Notes under the pieces: model-generated
Seen by the model: only the letters and a program-made list of their open reading frames with translations
Told to the model about the DNA's origin: nothing
The model's database searches: none
NCBI GenBank assembly: GCA_963778115.1
Contig: CAVZSV010000005.1
Location: forward strand, 1 to 64,000
From: an uncultured delta proteobacterium
Lineage (GTDB): Bacteria > Bdellovibrionota > FAC87 > UBA2466
Length of the DNA stretch: 64,000 bases
Direction: 5' to 3'
Shown: piece by piece, positions 48,407 through 59,332 of the stretch
How the letters are laid out: every line of letters begins with the position of its first letter
How positions within the stretch are numbered: position 1 is the stretch's first letter
Program-made: the position numbers and the translations under genes

Positions 48407-50353
48407 CTAGAACGACACGCGCAGCGCCCCGGAGACCTCCCGATCCGCCCCGTCCGACTTTGCGACCGTCGTGGCGAAATTCGCGGCAAAGGAGATGCGG
48501 CTGGTAATGGCCGTCGAGATGCCGCCCGACAGCTCGCCCCAGGTTTTGGCTGTGGAGGGGTAGGTCGTGGTGAGCGGCACGAGGGGCTCGTCGGTAAACA
48601 CGCTGTTGAAATTACCGCCATTACCGGAAAACAACTGGTCCACGGTCGCGGTGATATTCGGATGCAGGACAAGCGAACCCAGGGCAAGATCCGTCGCGGC
48701 GGTGGCGCCGAGATCGCCGATCACCTGGGTGAAATGCTGCGAATCGACCGATTGGGTCAGCGCCGGATCGCCACTTTCGGTATAGCTGCCGAGGCTGGCA
48801 TCGGTCACGTTGATCCCGGCAAGCGGCCCATAGGTGAAATTGCCGGTGTTCAGCACATAGCCCATCTCGCCGCCAAAGGTCGCGGTATTGCCGGACGGCT
48901 TGGCGGTGATGGCGCTGCCGACGACGCCCGGCCGGGAATTGTTGTAATTGTCGAACCCGTAGGTGAAGCTCACATTCAGGTAGTAATGCGGCTGGTAGAA
49001 CGCGGCATAGGCGCCGAGCTGGTAGGCATTGGCCGAAACCGTCCCGTCCTGCACCACATTGCCATGGTCGGTGCCGTACCCAAGTGCCGCACCAACCGCG
49101 ATGCCGGGGGCGAGCTGGTCGTCCAGCCCGAAGGCGAAGGTGCCGACATTATAGTTGAACCCATTATCGGCGCCGATCGTGTTGCGGTTACCGAAATCAT
49201 AGCTGCCCGCGAAAAACCCGGAGAGCTTGCCGCCCCCGCCGATCTGCCCGGTCATGTTCTGCCCCGGCAGATCGACCGAAAACCCGGACGCCCCGGCGCG
49301 CAGCGCCTCGGTCCGCTGGTTCAACTGGTCGGAAAACGCATCCGCGCCGAAGGCCGAGATCTGCGCCGGGGCGGCGAGGCCCGCCAGGCCGTTCAGCGCC
49401 GAGGCGGCGTATTCGGCGATCAGCAGATGCGTGCCGGTGGTGGGATGCACGCCGTCCCAGAAGACATACTGGTTCTGGACCGCGGTCGGCGCGGTAACGC
49501 AGGACGGGGTGTCGATACAGGCGGCGGTCGTATTGGTTTTGCCATAGGCGGCCGGGTCCGCCAGCAATTCGTTGAAAATCTGCGCCTCGTTCATCACGAT
49601 GATATTGGCGCCGGTGGCGTTGTGCTCGCCGGCCATGAATTGTGAGAGCGTGGCGTTATGTTCCTCGGAAATGGTGTTGGCGATGCCGATGATGGCGGCG
49701 CCATCGCCATTGAATTGCGGCGTTTCCCCGAGATCCGGCAGGTTGAAAACGATGAAGCGGCGCGCCCCCAGACTCGTGAGCTGCTCCACCCCTTCCGTCG
49801 TCTGTTCCGCGACGCTTTGAATGGCACTGGCGAAGGCCGTCGTTGGGTTGGCAAGGCCGGCTTCCACGGCGGCAAGCGTCGCGAAGTAGTCATTCGCGCC
49901 AACCCAGACTCCAACCACGTCGCTGCTGCCAAAATGCGTCCCGGTGGCGGCGAAGGACTGCACCTCCTCAAGAAAACTCGGCAGAGGTACATTGGCAAAA
50001 GCCGCAGTGCCGCCCAGGCTGACGGGGAGGTTTTCAAGATTGTTGTAGGTCGTCCCATCGATGGTCAGCGGCCCGGCAAACGCGCCGCCGACGCCATAAT
50101 CATTCGATGCGGTAAAACTGAGACCCGTCAGGCCCGGAAAATACTCGGCCCAGACCGGGCCATTCGAAAACCTGTTCTCATAATAAGGCGGCGGCGGATA
50201 ATCGATGCCGGTGAGCTTCGGGCGTATTGCCGTTATCCACCAGGCTATCGCCAAAAGCATAAAAATTGCCCGCATGGGCCGGGGCACTCAGACACGTACA
50301 AGCCAAAATTGCAGCATAAAGCGACCTGCGATTGATTTTCGATTGATTTTCAC
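48407..50353 (-). CDS. GDSL esterase autotransporter (EstA-like; frameshifts near the 5' end)
   Basis: Signal peptide and FGDSLVDNGN, RFSNGPVW, GANDY, FWDGVHPT; beta-barrel ending in F. Confidence 0.88.
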
Positions 50354-50684
50354 TGCCCGTCTCCCCTCCCAGAATTTTTCTGTTTTTGTAACGAAAACTA
50401 TGCGCAGATGCCGCAAACGTCAACTTCTTTTCCAATGCTCAGGGCGCGCATTCCGGGCAAGGCGACGGCCCCCTCGAACCCTTTCAAGCAAGGATGCCAA
50501 GCGCGCGGGTAAGCCCTCGCCGCACGCCGGAATCCCGCCAAAACCCTCAAGGTTTTTGCCGCTCCGCGCCGCCATTGCATCGCTAGATGTCTAAACAGAG
50601 CACCCAAATGCGCACATGGACTTGATGTAACGCTGCCAACGCGGCCATAAGCACCCCGCGTTGAAATTTTGAATTGGATAGGCG

Positions 50685-51653
50685 ATGCAACTGCACATTA
50701 AACGAGCGCTCGACCGCCTGCCGGGCGGCATGATGATCGTCCCCCTCGTGATCGGCTCCGTTATAATTACATTTGCACCCAACACGGCAAAATTCTTCGG
50801 CTCGTTTACAGGCGCTTTGTTTACTGGCGCACTTCCCATCCTCGCAGTTTTCTATGTCTGCATGGGCTCCACTATCTCTGTCGGCATGTTACCCAAAGTA
50901 GCGCGCAAGGGCGGTGTGCTGCTCTGCGCCAAAATTCTGATGGGCATCCTCGCCGGTGTTATTCTCGGCCATTTCCTGGGCGAAGCGCCGGTCGCCAGCG
51001 GCTGGTTCGCGGGCATCTCCACCCTCGCCGTCGTCGCAGCACTGAATGACACGAATGGCGGGCTCTATATGTCGCTGATGGGACAATATGGCAGCGCCGA
51101 TGAAGCTGCGGCCTATTCCATCATGACGCTCGAATCCGGCCCGTTTTTGACCATGGTGACACTCGGCGTCGCCGGTCTGGCCGCGTTTCCGTGGCAGACC
51201 CTGGTCGGCGCCATCCTGCCACTGGCAGCCGGCATCATCCTGGGTAATCTCGACCGTGAGCTGAAGGATTTCCTCGGCCGCGCAGCCCCCGTGCTGATCC
51301 CGTTCTTTGCCTTCGCGCTCGGCACCACGCTGAACCTGCATCTCGTCTGGCGCGCCGGCTTCCTCGGCCTTGGCCTTGGCGTCGGCGTTGTGGTGATCTC
51401 GGGTATCTTCATGCTCGTCGCGGATAAGTTCACCGGCGGCAACGGTACTGCGGGTGTGGCCGCCGCGACCACGGCCGGTAATGCGGCCGCTGTGCCGGCA
51501 CTCGTCGCCAGCGCCAACCACGCCTATGCCGCGGCTGCCGCCCCGGCCACCATCCTGGTTGCCGCCTGCGTTATCGTCAGCAGCCTGCTGGTGCCGGTGT
51601 TGACGGCCTGGTGGGCAGGCCGCGTTCGCCCCCGCAACGCCAACCTGGCCTAA
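50685..51653 (+). CDS. kdgT: 2-keto-3-deoxygluconate permease family transporter
   Basis: [39 protein letters not shown]. Confidence 0.9.
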   Translation: MQLHIKRALDRLPGGMMIVPLVIGSVIITFAPNTAKFFGSFTGALFTGALPILAVFYVCMGSTISVGMLPKVARKGGVLLCAKILMGILAGVILGHFLGEAPVASGWFAGISTLAVVAALNDTNGGLYMSLMGQYGSADEAAAYSIMTLESGPFLTMVTLGVAGLAAFPWQTLVGAILPLAAGIILGNLDRELKDFLGRAAPVLIPFFAFALGTTLNLHLVWRAGFLGLGLGVGVVVISGIFMLVADKFTGGNGTAGVAAATTAGNAAAVPALVASANHAYAAAAAPATILVAACVIVSSLLVPVLTAWWAGRVRPRNANLA

Positions 51654-51657
51654 CCCC

Positions 51658-52923
51658 ATGGCAGCCTCATCCGCCGAACTCCTGATCATCGCCGATGACC
51701 TTTCCGGGGCGGCCGATTGCGCCGTCACCTGCTTTGATGCCGGGCTGGCAAGCCTGGTCGTGCTGAACGGCGATGCGGAAACCCCGCAGGCCGAGGCCCT
51801 TGCAATCGATACCGACAGCCGACGCCTGACCAGCGCGCAGGCCGCCGAGGTCACCGCGCGGATGGTTCAGCTTCATGCCGGGCCGGAAACGCGGCTGATC
51901 TATAAAAAGATGGATTCAACCGCCCGTGGCAATTTCGCGATTGAAATTGCCGCCTGCCTCGGCGTCATCCGCGAGCGGCCATCGGCCAAAAACGCGGTGG
52001 CGATCGTCGCGCCCGCCTTCCCCTCGGCCGGCCGCACCACGCTCAATGGGCATCAGCTGCTCAACGGCCAGAAAATCGAGGAAACCAAGGTCTGGCTGAA
52101 CGAGCATATTCGCGGCCGGGCGCATTTGCCGGAGATGCTCACCGCGGCCGGCCTGAGTGTGGCGCAGCTCGACCTTGCCACGGTGCGAAACCCTGCACAG
52201 CTCGCCCAGGCGCTGCGCGATGCCGCGAAAGACCATCAGGCGCTGGTATGTGACGCCGAAACCGATGCGGATCTGCAGGCCATCGCCGAGGCTGGCCAGG
52301 CGCTCGGCCCTGCCACGATCTGGGCCGGTTCCGCGGGCCTCGCCCGGCACCTGCCCACTGTCGCCGGGCTGGTCCGTACGCCACAGCCAAAGACGGAGCG
52401 GCCACGCCGCGACGGGCCCGTGATCTGCGCGGTGGGCAGCCTCTCGCAGGTTTCCCGCGAACAGTTCGGCCGTTTTCAGGGGCAGGAAGGTGTTGCGAGC
52501 TTCGTCCTCCCGCCGGAGCTGCTGCGCGCCGGGCCGGGCTCGCCCGATTGGGCAGCGCAGGATGCGGCGTTGCAGCGCGCCGTGGCACAGGGCCAGGATA
52601 TCGCCATCCTGATCGGCGCTGCCGCCAACCCTGACCCGGCGGAGGGCCTGATCCTATGCGCCGCACTGGGCCGGATGCTGGCGCCCTATCTGGCAAATGC
52701 GAAGGGCCTGATTGCGACCGGCGGCGAGACCGCCCGCGCGCTCTTGCTTGCCGCCGGCGTGCCATCGCTGCAACTGGTGGGCGAAGTTGAACCCGGGGTT
52801 CCGTATTCCATCGCGGCCTCCGGTGGCGCTGCCGCCGGGTTGCCTGTTATTACCAAGGCCGGCGCGTTCGGCCGTCCTGAAACCTTGACCCATTGCAGCA
52901 CGTTGCTGCGCAATGGCGCCTGA
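51658..52923 (+). CDS. Four-carbon acid sugar kinase (DUF1537, DtnK/DenK-like)
   Basis: IADDLSGAAD, YKKMDSTARGN, GSAGLA, TGGETA, TKAGAFG; upstream of pdxA2. Confidence 0.88.
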   Translation: MAASSAELLIIADDLSGAADCAVTCFDAGLASLVVLNGDAETPQAEALAIDTDSRRLTSAQAAEVTARMVQLHAGPETRLIYKKMDSTARGNFAIEIAACLGVIRERPSAKNAVAIVAPAFPSAGRTTLNGHQLLNGQKIEETKVWLNEHIRGRAHLPEMLTAAGLSVAQLDLATVRNPAQLAQALRDAAKDHQALVCDAETDADLQAIAEAGQALGPATIWAGSAGLARHLPTVAGLVRTPQPKTERPRRDGPVICAVGSLSQVSREQFGRFQGQEGVASFVLPPELLRAGPGSPDWAAQDAALQRAVAQGQDIAILIGAAANPDPAEGLILCAALGRMLAPYLANAKGLIATGGETARALLLAAGVPSLQLVGEVEPGVPYSIAASGGAAAGLPVITKAGAFGRPETLTHCSTLLRNGA

Positions 52924-52951
52924 AACCTCTCTCCGGACAAGGATATAATTC

Positions 52952-53947
52952 ATGCCCCTTCCCCGCATCGCGATTACCATGGGCGACGCCGCCGGCGTCG
53001 GACCCGAAGTCATCGTTAAAACGCTCGCCCATGCCGAGCTTTACGAACGCTGCCGCCCCGTCGTGATCGGCGATGCCGGACGGCTGGAAAAGGCCATGCA
53101 GGCCACCGGCATCAAGCTGGCCATCAACGCATTCTCCGCGAAGGACATTGCCAGCGCGAAATACCAGCCCGGCACGATCGATTGCGTCGATCTTAAGCTG
53201 ATCCCGGCGGATATGCCCTGGGGCAAACTCTCCCCGGTCGCGGGCGATGCCGCCTTCCAGTTCATCAAAACCGCCACCGAACTCGCGGTTGCCGGAGAGG
53301 TCGAGGCGATCTGCACCGCGCCGCTGAACAAGGAAGCGCTGCATGCCGGCGGCCATATGTATCCCGGCCATACCGAGATGATCGCCGACCTGACCGGGAC
53401 CAAGGAAGTCTCGATGATGCTGACCGCGCCGAACCTGCGGGTGATCCATGTCACCACGCATATCGGCCTGATGGATGCGATCCGGAAAATCGAGCCCGGC
53501 CTGGTGGAGCGCACCATTTCCCGCGGTTATGCGGTGCTGGAGAAAGCCGGGCTGCCTCGGCGTAAAATCGGCGTCTGCGGCATCAACCCGCATGCCGGTG
53601 AAAACGGCCTGTTCGGCCAGGGCGAAGAAGAAGAGAAGATCGCCCCCGCCATCGCCGCCTGCCGCGCCAAAGGCTGGGATGTCGAAGGCCCCCTGCCTGC
53701 CGACACGCTGTTCTTCCGCGCCGGGCGTGGCGATTTCGACATGGTGGTCGCGATGTATCACGATCAGGGCCATGGGCCGGTGAAGGTGCTGGGCCTGGAA
53801 TCCGGTGTGAACATCACCGTCGGCCTGCCGGTCATCCGCACCTCGGTCGATCACGGCACCGCCTTCGACATTGCCGGCACCGGCAAGGCCGATGAAGGCA
53901 GCATGCTCGAAGCCCTGCGCCAGGGGATCGCGCTCGCGCCGGGTTAA
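52952..53947 (+). CDS. pdxA2: PdxA-family dehydrogenase (PdxA2, tetronate-4-phosphate dehydrogenase by context)
   Basis: MGDAAGVGPE, TAPLNKE, GHTE, NPHAGE, MYHDQG, RTSVDHGTAFDIAG. Confidence 0.88.
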   Translation: MPLPRIAITMGDAAGVGPEVIVKTLAHAELYERCRPVVIGDAGRLEKAMQATGIKLAINAFSAKDIASAKYQPGTIDCVDLKLIPADMPWGKLSPVAGDAAFQFIKTATELAVAGEVEAICTAPLNKEALHAGGHMYPGHTEMIADLTGTKEVSMMLTAPNLRVIHVTTHIGLMDAIRKIEPGLVERTISRGYAVLEKAGLPRRKIGVCGINPHAGENGLFGQGEEEEKIAPAIAACRAKGWDVEGPLPADTLFFRAGRGDFDMVVAMYHDQGHGPVKVLGLESGVNITVGLPVIRTSVDHGTAFDIAGTGKADEGSMLEALRQGIALAPG

Positions 53948-54091
53948 AGAAAGCGGTTCTTTTTTGTAAAAAAGAACCAAAAAACTTTTGTTCTCTAGCG
54001 GTTGCGTGTGGCATTGATGGTGCCACACGCACGGTCCAAAAATTAAAAAAGTTTTTTTGCTTCTTTTTGTCCACAAAAAGAAGTTCTTCCT
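53946..54091. repeat. Structured AT-rich intergenic repeat, copy 2
   Basis: Same flanking hairpins as copy 1; central arm TGCGTGTGGCA...TGCCACACGCA. Confidence 0.9.
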
Positions 54092-54137
54092 CACGCGAAC
54101 GCAAAAGGACCTAGCCCATGTTCCAGGAACTCCTGAA

Positions 54138-54977
54138 ATGATGCCCATGGTCAGCCTGCCGGATGGCGAGAAAGTCCCGGCACTCGGCCAGGGCACCTGG
54201 AATATGGGCGAATCCGCCTCCGCCGCCGCCTCGGAAGCCGCGACCTTGCGCGCCGGGATCGAGCTTGGGATGAGCCTGATCGATACGGCGGAAATGTATG
54301 CCGATGGCGGCGCTGAACATGTCGTAGCACAGGCCATCACCGGGTTGCGCGATCAGGTCTTCCTGGTCAGCAAAATCTCGCCGCAAAACGCTTCGGCCAC
54401 CGGTGTTGCCAAGCATTGCGCCGCCAGCCTGAAACGCCTCGGCACCGACCGGATTGACCTCTATCTCCTGCATTGGCCCGGCCGCTACCCGCTGGCGGAA
54501 ACCGTCGCGGCCTTCGAGCGGCTGCGCGCCGCCGGGCAGATCCGCCATTGGGGCGTCTCCAATTTTGACGCCGATGGCATGGCAAGGCTCTCCCAGCTCC
54601 ATGGCGGCACGGGCTGCGCGACCGATCAGGTCCTCTACCACCCGCAGCAGCGCGGCATTGAATTCGACCTTATGCCCTGGTGCCGGGCCCAGAAGATGCC
54701 CGTCATGGCCTATTCCCCGCTCGGCCAGGGGGGCAAGCTGTTGCGCTCGCCTGCCCTGAAGGCCGTGGCGCAACGCCATCAGGCGACGCCCGCGCAGATC
54801 GCTTTGGCCTGGAGCCTGCGCGATGGCAACACGATCTCGATCCCCAAATCCGCCGATATCACCCGCATGCGGGAAAACAGCGCCGCCGCCCGCATCCGCC
54901 TGACCGCCCAAGACCTCGCGGAGATCGACGCCGCCCACCGGCCACCCGACCGCAAACAACCGCTCGAAATGCTGTAA
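54138..54977 (+). CDS. Aldo/keto reductase
   Basis: LGQGTW, IDTAEMY, LVSK, YLLHW, WGVSNF, AYSPL, IPKS. Confidence 0.92.
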   Translation: MMPMVSLPDGEKVPALGQGTWNMGESASAAASEAATLRAGIELGMSLIDTAEMYADGGAEHVVAQAITGLRDQVFLVSKISPQNASATGVAKHCAASLKRLGTDRIDLYLLHWPGRYPLAETVAAFERLRAAGQIRHWGVSNFDADGMARLSQLHGGTGCATDQVLYHPQQRGIEFDLMPWCRAQKMPVMAYSPLGQGGKLLRSPALKAVAQRHQATPAQIALAWSLRDGNTISIPKSADITRMRENSAAARIRLTAQDLAEIDAAHRPPDRKQPLEML

Positions 54978-55057
54978 ATAAAAAGCCAGGTCGCATTTCT
55001 GTAATCATTTCAATATAAAGCGCGCAGGATGCCGCTGAGAAAGGGCTCGTTTGTGTC

Positions 55058-55636
55058 ATGATGATGCTGATCCTTGGCCTGATTATCTTCCTGGGCGCGC
55101 ATTCGATACGTATTTTCGCGAATGACTGGCGTAGCGCGCAGATCGCCCGGATCGGTGCCAACAGCTGGAAAGGCCTTTACGCGCTGGCATCGCTGATCGG
55201 CCTCGTGCTCATCATCTTCGGTTTCGGCATCACGCGGCAATATCCCGTGTTCCTGTACACACCGCCCGCCTGGCTGCGGGACATCAATATTCCGCTCACT
55301 TTGCTCGCTTTCGTGCTGGTGAGTGCAGCCTATGTTCCGGCCAACCGCATCAAGGCCAAAATCGGCCATCCCATGCTGGCGGGCGTGAAAGCCTGGGCGC
55401 TCGGCCATCTGCTCGCCAACGGCATGCTGGATGATGTCATCCTGTTCGGCGCATTTCTGGTCTGGGCCATCGCGGATTTCGCCGTGTCGCGCCGCCGCGA
55501 CCGGATCGCCGGCGTGGTCTATCCGCCCGGCACAGCGCGCGGCGACCTCATGGCGGTGGCCGTCGGTGTCATCACCTGGGCCATCGTGGCACTTTGGCTG
55601 CACAGGGTTTTGATCGGCGTAAATCCCCTGGCCTGA
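55058..55636 (+). CDS. NnrU-family membrane protein
   Basis: FLGAHS, KGLYAL, HPMLAGVKAWALGHLLANG. Confidence 0.88.
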   Translation: MMMLILGLIIFLGAHSIRIFANDWRSAQIARIGANSWKGLYALASLIGLVLIIFGFGITRQYPVFLYTPPAWLRDINIPLTLLAFVLVSAAYVPANRIKAKIGHPMLAGVKAWALGHLLANGMLDDVILFGAFLVWAIADFAVSRRRDRIAGVVYPPGTARGDLMAVAVGVITWAIVALWLHRVLIGVNPLA

Positions 55637-55654
55637 AGCCCTATCCCGCGCGCC

Positions 55655-55948
55655 TCACGCAAGTGAGGCGATGATCTCGCGATACGCGGCCTCTGGGAAC
55701 GCCTTCAGCGTCTTCGTCCGGACATTGCCCTGCCGGCCCATCATCAGTGTGAAACGCGCCGCAACCGCGTCATCCGGCGCCTCACTGACCAGCACCAGGT
55801 CATAATCGCCCATCGTCATGTAGCAATGGTGCAGGTGGCCGCCCATGGCCTCCATCTGCTTGCGCGCGGCATCCAGCCGCTTGGCCGAGCTTGCCACCTC
55901 GCGTATGCCTTGATCGGTCCAGTTCACCAGCGTGACATAGGTCGTCAT
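55655..55948 (-). CDS. GYD-domain protein
   Basis: WTDQGIR, TMGDYD, EAPDD, GNVRTKTLKAF. Confidence 0.85.
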   Translation of the reverse strand: MTTYVTLVNWTDQGIREVASSAKRLDAARKQMEAMGGHLHHCYMTMGDYDLVLVSEAPDDAVAARFTLMMGRQGNVRTKTLKAFPEAAYREIIASLA

Positions 55949-56024
55949 CGGTTCCCTCCTCGATTTGCCTTGGACGGTTTTTCCGCCACCGGGCAGCATA
56001 GCAAATCCGGTGCCGGCGGTCTGC

Positions 56025-56477
56025 TTAAATCGGCAACTTCGTTGTCCGCTTCAGGCATTTCAGCGCGAAATGCGAATGCACAGAGGCGACGCCGGGAAAG
56101 TGCAGCAGCACCTTCTTCAAAAAATGCTCATATTCATCGATGCTTTTTACGACGACCCGGAAAAGATAATCGCTCTCCCCGCTCATCGAGAAACAATCGA
56201 CGATTTCCTTCCGCGCGCAAGCCACACGCTCAAGCGCTTCCAGTGTTTCCTCATCATGCGCCTTGAGCTTTACATGCGCGAACACGCTGATATCGAGCCC
56301 CATGATTTTCGGGTCGAGGACGATGCTGCGCTCGCGGATCGCGCCGCCCGCCTCCAATTGCTTGATCCGCCGCCAGCAGGGCGTGTGGGACAATCCCATA
56401 CGCTCGGCGAGAGCGGCGACGGAAATTTCCGGTTCATCCTGCAATATCCTGAGGATTTTCAGGTCCGTTTCATCCAC
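56025..56477 (-). CDS. Lrp/AsnC regulator divergent from the bkd genes (BkdR-like)
   Basis: DLKILRILQ, GLSHTPCWRRIKQLE, SGESDYL. Confidence 0.9.
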   Translation of the reverse strand: MDETDLKILRILQDEPEISVAALAERMGLSHTPCWRRIKQLEAGGAIRERSIVLDPKIMGLDISVFAHVKLKAHDEETLEALERVACARKEIVDCFSMSGESDYLFRVVVKSIDEYEHFLKKVLLHFPGVASVHSHFALKCLKRTTKLPI

Positions 56478-56625
56478 GCGATTTTATCCTTATTATTGCG
56501 GTTTTTTGAGCATTCTATCCTAAAACCGCCGCGTTCTGAATAGAAAAACGCAATTTCGTTCCGGGTTCTCCCATGCGATATTGGTAACAATCCAAAGGCT
56601 CCGCATCCGCAAAGGACCGGATGAA

Positions 56626-57855
56626 ATGTTGAACCGCCCGCAACTCAGCCTTCATATCCCTGCCGCACACGCCCGGCCGGGCGACAAGCCGGATTTCAGC
56701 TACCTGCCTCTGCCGCCGGCCGGCGCCACAAGATGCCCGGATCCCCTCACCCAAGAAGCCGCCATGCGGGACCTGCCCTACGGGTTGATCCGCGTGCTGG
56801 ATGAGAAAGGCCAGGCCATCGGCCCCTGGGATCCACACCTCGCCCCTGAGCTGCTGCGCCGGGGGCTTCGCGCCATGCTGCTGACCCGTGTGTTCGACGA
56901 CCGCATGTTCGCCGCCCACCGCCAGGGCAAAACCTCGTTCTTCATCAAATCCACCGGCGAGGAAGCCATCGGTGCCGCGACCTCCCTGATGCTCGGCCGC
57001 GGCGATATGTGTTTCCCGACCTACCGCATGGTCAGCTATTTGATGGCGCGCGATTACCCGCTGATCGACCTGATCAACCAGATCTATTCGAACGCGGCGG
57101 ACCGACTGAAAGGCCGGCAGATGCCGGTGCTCTATTCCGCGCGCGAATACGGATTCTACTCCATCGCCGGCAATCTCGGCAGCCGCTTCGGCCATGCCGT
57201 CGGCTGGGCGATGGCTTCGGCCTATAAGCATGACGATAAAATCGCCATCGGCTTTATCGGGGACGGCACCACCGCGGAAGGCGCGTCCCACGAGGCGATG
57301 GCCTTCGCGACCGTCTACCGCGCCCCGGTCATCCTCTGCATCACCAACAACCAATGGGCGATCTCGACCTGCCAGGGCTTTGCCGGCGGCGATGAGACCA
57401 CCTTCGCGGCGCGGGCCACCGGCTACGGCCTGCCCGGCCTGCGCGTGGATGGCAATGATTTCCTGGCGGTCTATGCCGCCACGCAATGGGCCGCAGCACG
57501 CGCGCGCGCCAACCATGGCGCGACGCTCATCGAATTCGTCACCTACCGCGCCGCCGGCCATTCCACGAGCGACGACCCGGCCCGATACCGCCCGGCGGAT
57601 GAGCCCAGGCAATGGCCGCTGGGCGATCCGATCGAGCGGCTGAAGACTCATCTGATCGGGCTCGGCGAATGGTCCGAACCACAGCACCAGACGCTGCAAG
57701 ACGAGGTGACGGCGACCATGCGCGCCGCCGCGAAGGCGAGCGAGGCGATCGGCACGCTGGGTACCTCCTCACCGGCCAAGCGGGAGATGTTCGAGGATGT
57801 CTACAAGGCGCCGGACTGGCGTCTGATCGAACAATGCCGGGAAGTGGGAGGCTGA
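56626..57855 (+). CDS. bkdA1: Branched-chain 2-oxoacid dehydrogenase E1 alpha
   Basis: [24 protein letters not shown]...[10 protein letters not shown] motif, HSTSDDP. Confidence 0.92.
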   Translation: MLNRPQLSLHIPAAHARPGDKPDFSYLPLPPAGATRCPDPLTQEAAMRDLPYGLIRVLDEKGQAIGPWDPHLAPELLRRGLRAMLLTRVFDDRMFAAHRQGKTSFFIKSTGEEAIGAATSLMLGRGDMCFPTYRMVSYLMARDYPLIDLINQIYSNAADRLKGRQMPVLYSAREYGFYSIAGNLGSRFGHAVGWAMASAYKHDDKIAIGFIGDGTTAEGASHEAMAFATVYRAPVILCITNNQWAISTCQGFAGGDETTFAARATGYGLPGLRVDGNDFLAVYAATQWAAARARANHGATLIEFVTYRAAGHSTSDDPARYRPADEPRQWPLGDPIERLKTHLIGLGEWSEPQHQTLQDEVTATMRAAAKASEAIGTLGTSSPAKREMFEDVYKAPDWRLIEQCREVGG

Positions 57856-57857
57856 AC

Positions 57858-58874
57858 ATGGCCGCCATGAACATGATCCAGGCGCTCAATTCCGCCCTCG
57901 ATGTCATGCTGACCCGCGATCCGGACGTGCTGATCTTCGGCGAGGATGTCGGCTATTTCGGCGGGGTATTTCGCGTCACCGACGGGTTGATGGCCAAGCA
58001 CGGGCTCACCCGCTGCTTCGATACGCCGATTTCGGAAGGCGGCATCGTCGCCACCGCCATCGGCATGGGCGCCTATGGCCTGCGCCCGGTCGTGGAAATC
58101 CAGTTCGCCGATTACATTCTCCCGGCCTATGACCAGCTGGTTTCCGAAGCCGCGCGCCTGCGCTACCGCTCTGGCGGGCGATTTTTCAGCCCCCATCACG
58201 GTGCGCTCGCCCTATGGCGGCGGCATTTTCGGCGGCCAGACCCATAGCGCCAGCCCCGAGGCGATTTTCGCGCATGTTTCGGGGCTGAAAACGATCATCC
58301 CCTCGAACCCCTATGACGCGAAAGGGCTTCTGATTTCCGCCATCGAGGATGACGACCCGGTGATCTTCCTGGAACCCAAGCGCCTCTATAACGGCCCGTT
58401 CGATGGGCGGCCCGACCAGCCGGTGCAGCCCTGGGCGAAACATCCCGCCAGCGATGTGCCGGAGGATTACTACAAAATCCCACTCGGCCAGGCCGCGATC
58501 GTCCGTCGCCGGTTCGGCGGTGACGGTGCTGGCCTATGGCACCATGGTCCATGTCGCGCTCCGCGCCGTGGAGGATTCCGGGATCGATGCCGAGGTGATC
58601 GATCTGCGCAGCCTGGTGCCGCTCGACATCGAGACCATCCTCAGCCTCCGTCAAAAAAACCCGGCGCTGCGTGATCGTCCATGAGGCGTCGCGGTTCGGC
58701 GGTTTCGGCGGCGAGATTTCCTCCCTCGTGCAGGAGCGCTGCTTCTATCATCTCGAAGCGCCGATCGAACGCGTCGCGGGCTGGGACACGCCCTATCCGC
58801 ACGCCTTCGAATGGGATTATTTCCCCGGCCCGGGCCGCGTTGCCGCCGCTTTGCGCCGCACGCAGGAGGGCTGA
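57858..58874 (+). CDS. bkdA2: Branched-chain 2-oxoacid dehydrogenase E1 beta (frameshifted)
   Basis: [40 protein letters not shown]. Confidence 0.92.
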
Positions 58875-58876
58875 GC

Positions 58877-59330
58877 ATGGCACACTATGTTTTCCGCCTG
58901 CCCGATATCGGCGAAGGCATCGTTGAGGCGGAAATCACCGCCTGGCATGTCCAGCCCGGCGAATGGCTGGAGGAAGACCAGCCGATGGTCGATGTCATGA
59001 CCGATAAAGCGACGGTGGAGATGACAGCCCCCGTCTCCGGCCGGATTTCTGCTTTGCATGGCGAGATCGGTCAGAAGGTCGCCATCGGTGCACCTTTGGT
59101 CGAGCTGGAACTGGAGGGCATGGCGCCCGCTTCCGCGCCCCCCGCAAAGGTGCCTCCCAACAGCGCTCCCCTCGCCTCGCCTGCCACCCGCCAGCGGGCG
59201 CGCGAACTTGGGATTGCACTGGAACTCCGTCCCTGGTACCGGCCCGGAGGGGCGGATTACCGCCGCCGACCTCGAAAATTTCACTGCGCGTGCGGAACGC
59301 AACAAGCCCGGCACCGAGGCTGCGCGCATC
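58877..59330 (+). pseudogene. bkdB: Dihydrolipoamide acyltransferase E2, N-terminal part only (lipoyl and E1/E3-binding domains)
   Basis: LPDIGEG, VMTDKATVE, ASPATRQRARELGI, GTGPEGRI; the catalytic domain is replaced by eukaryotic sequence. Confidence 0.85.
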
Positions 59331-59332
59331 CA

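Noticed and set aside
54057..54137. N-terminal extension MLLFVHKKKFF on the aldo/keto reductase, and ORF 44361-44876
   Set aside because: These are translations of the intergenic repeat element
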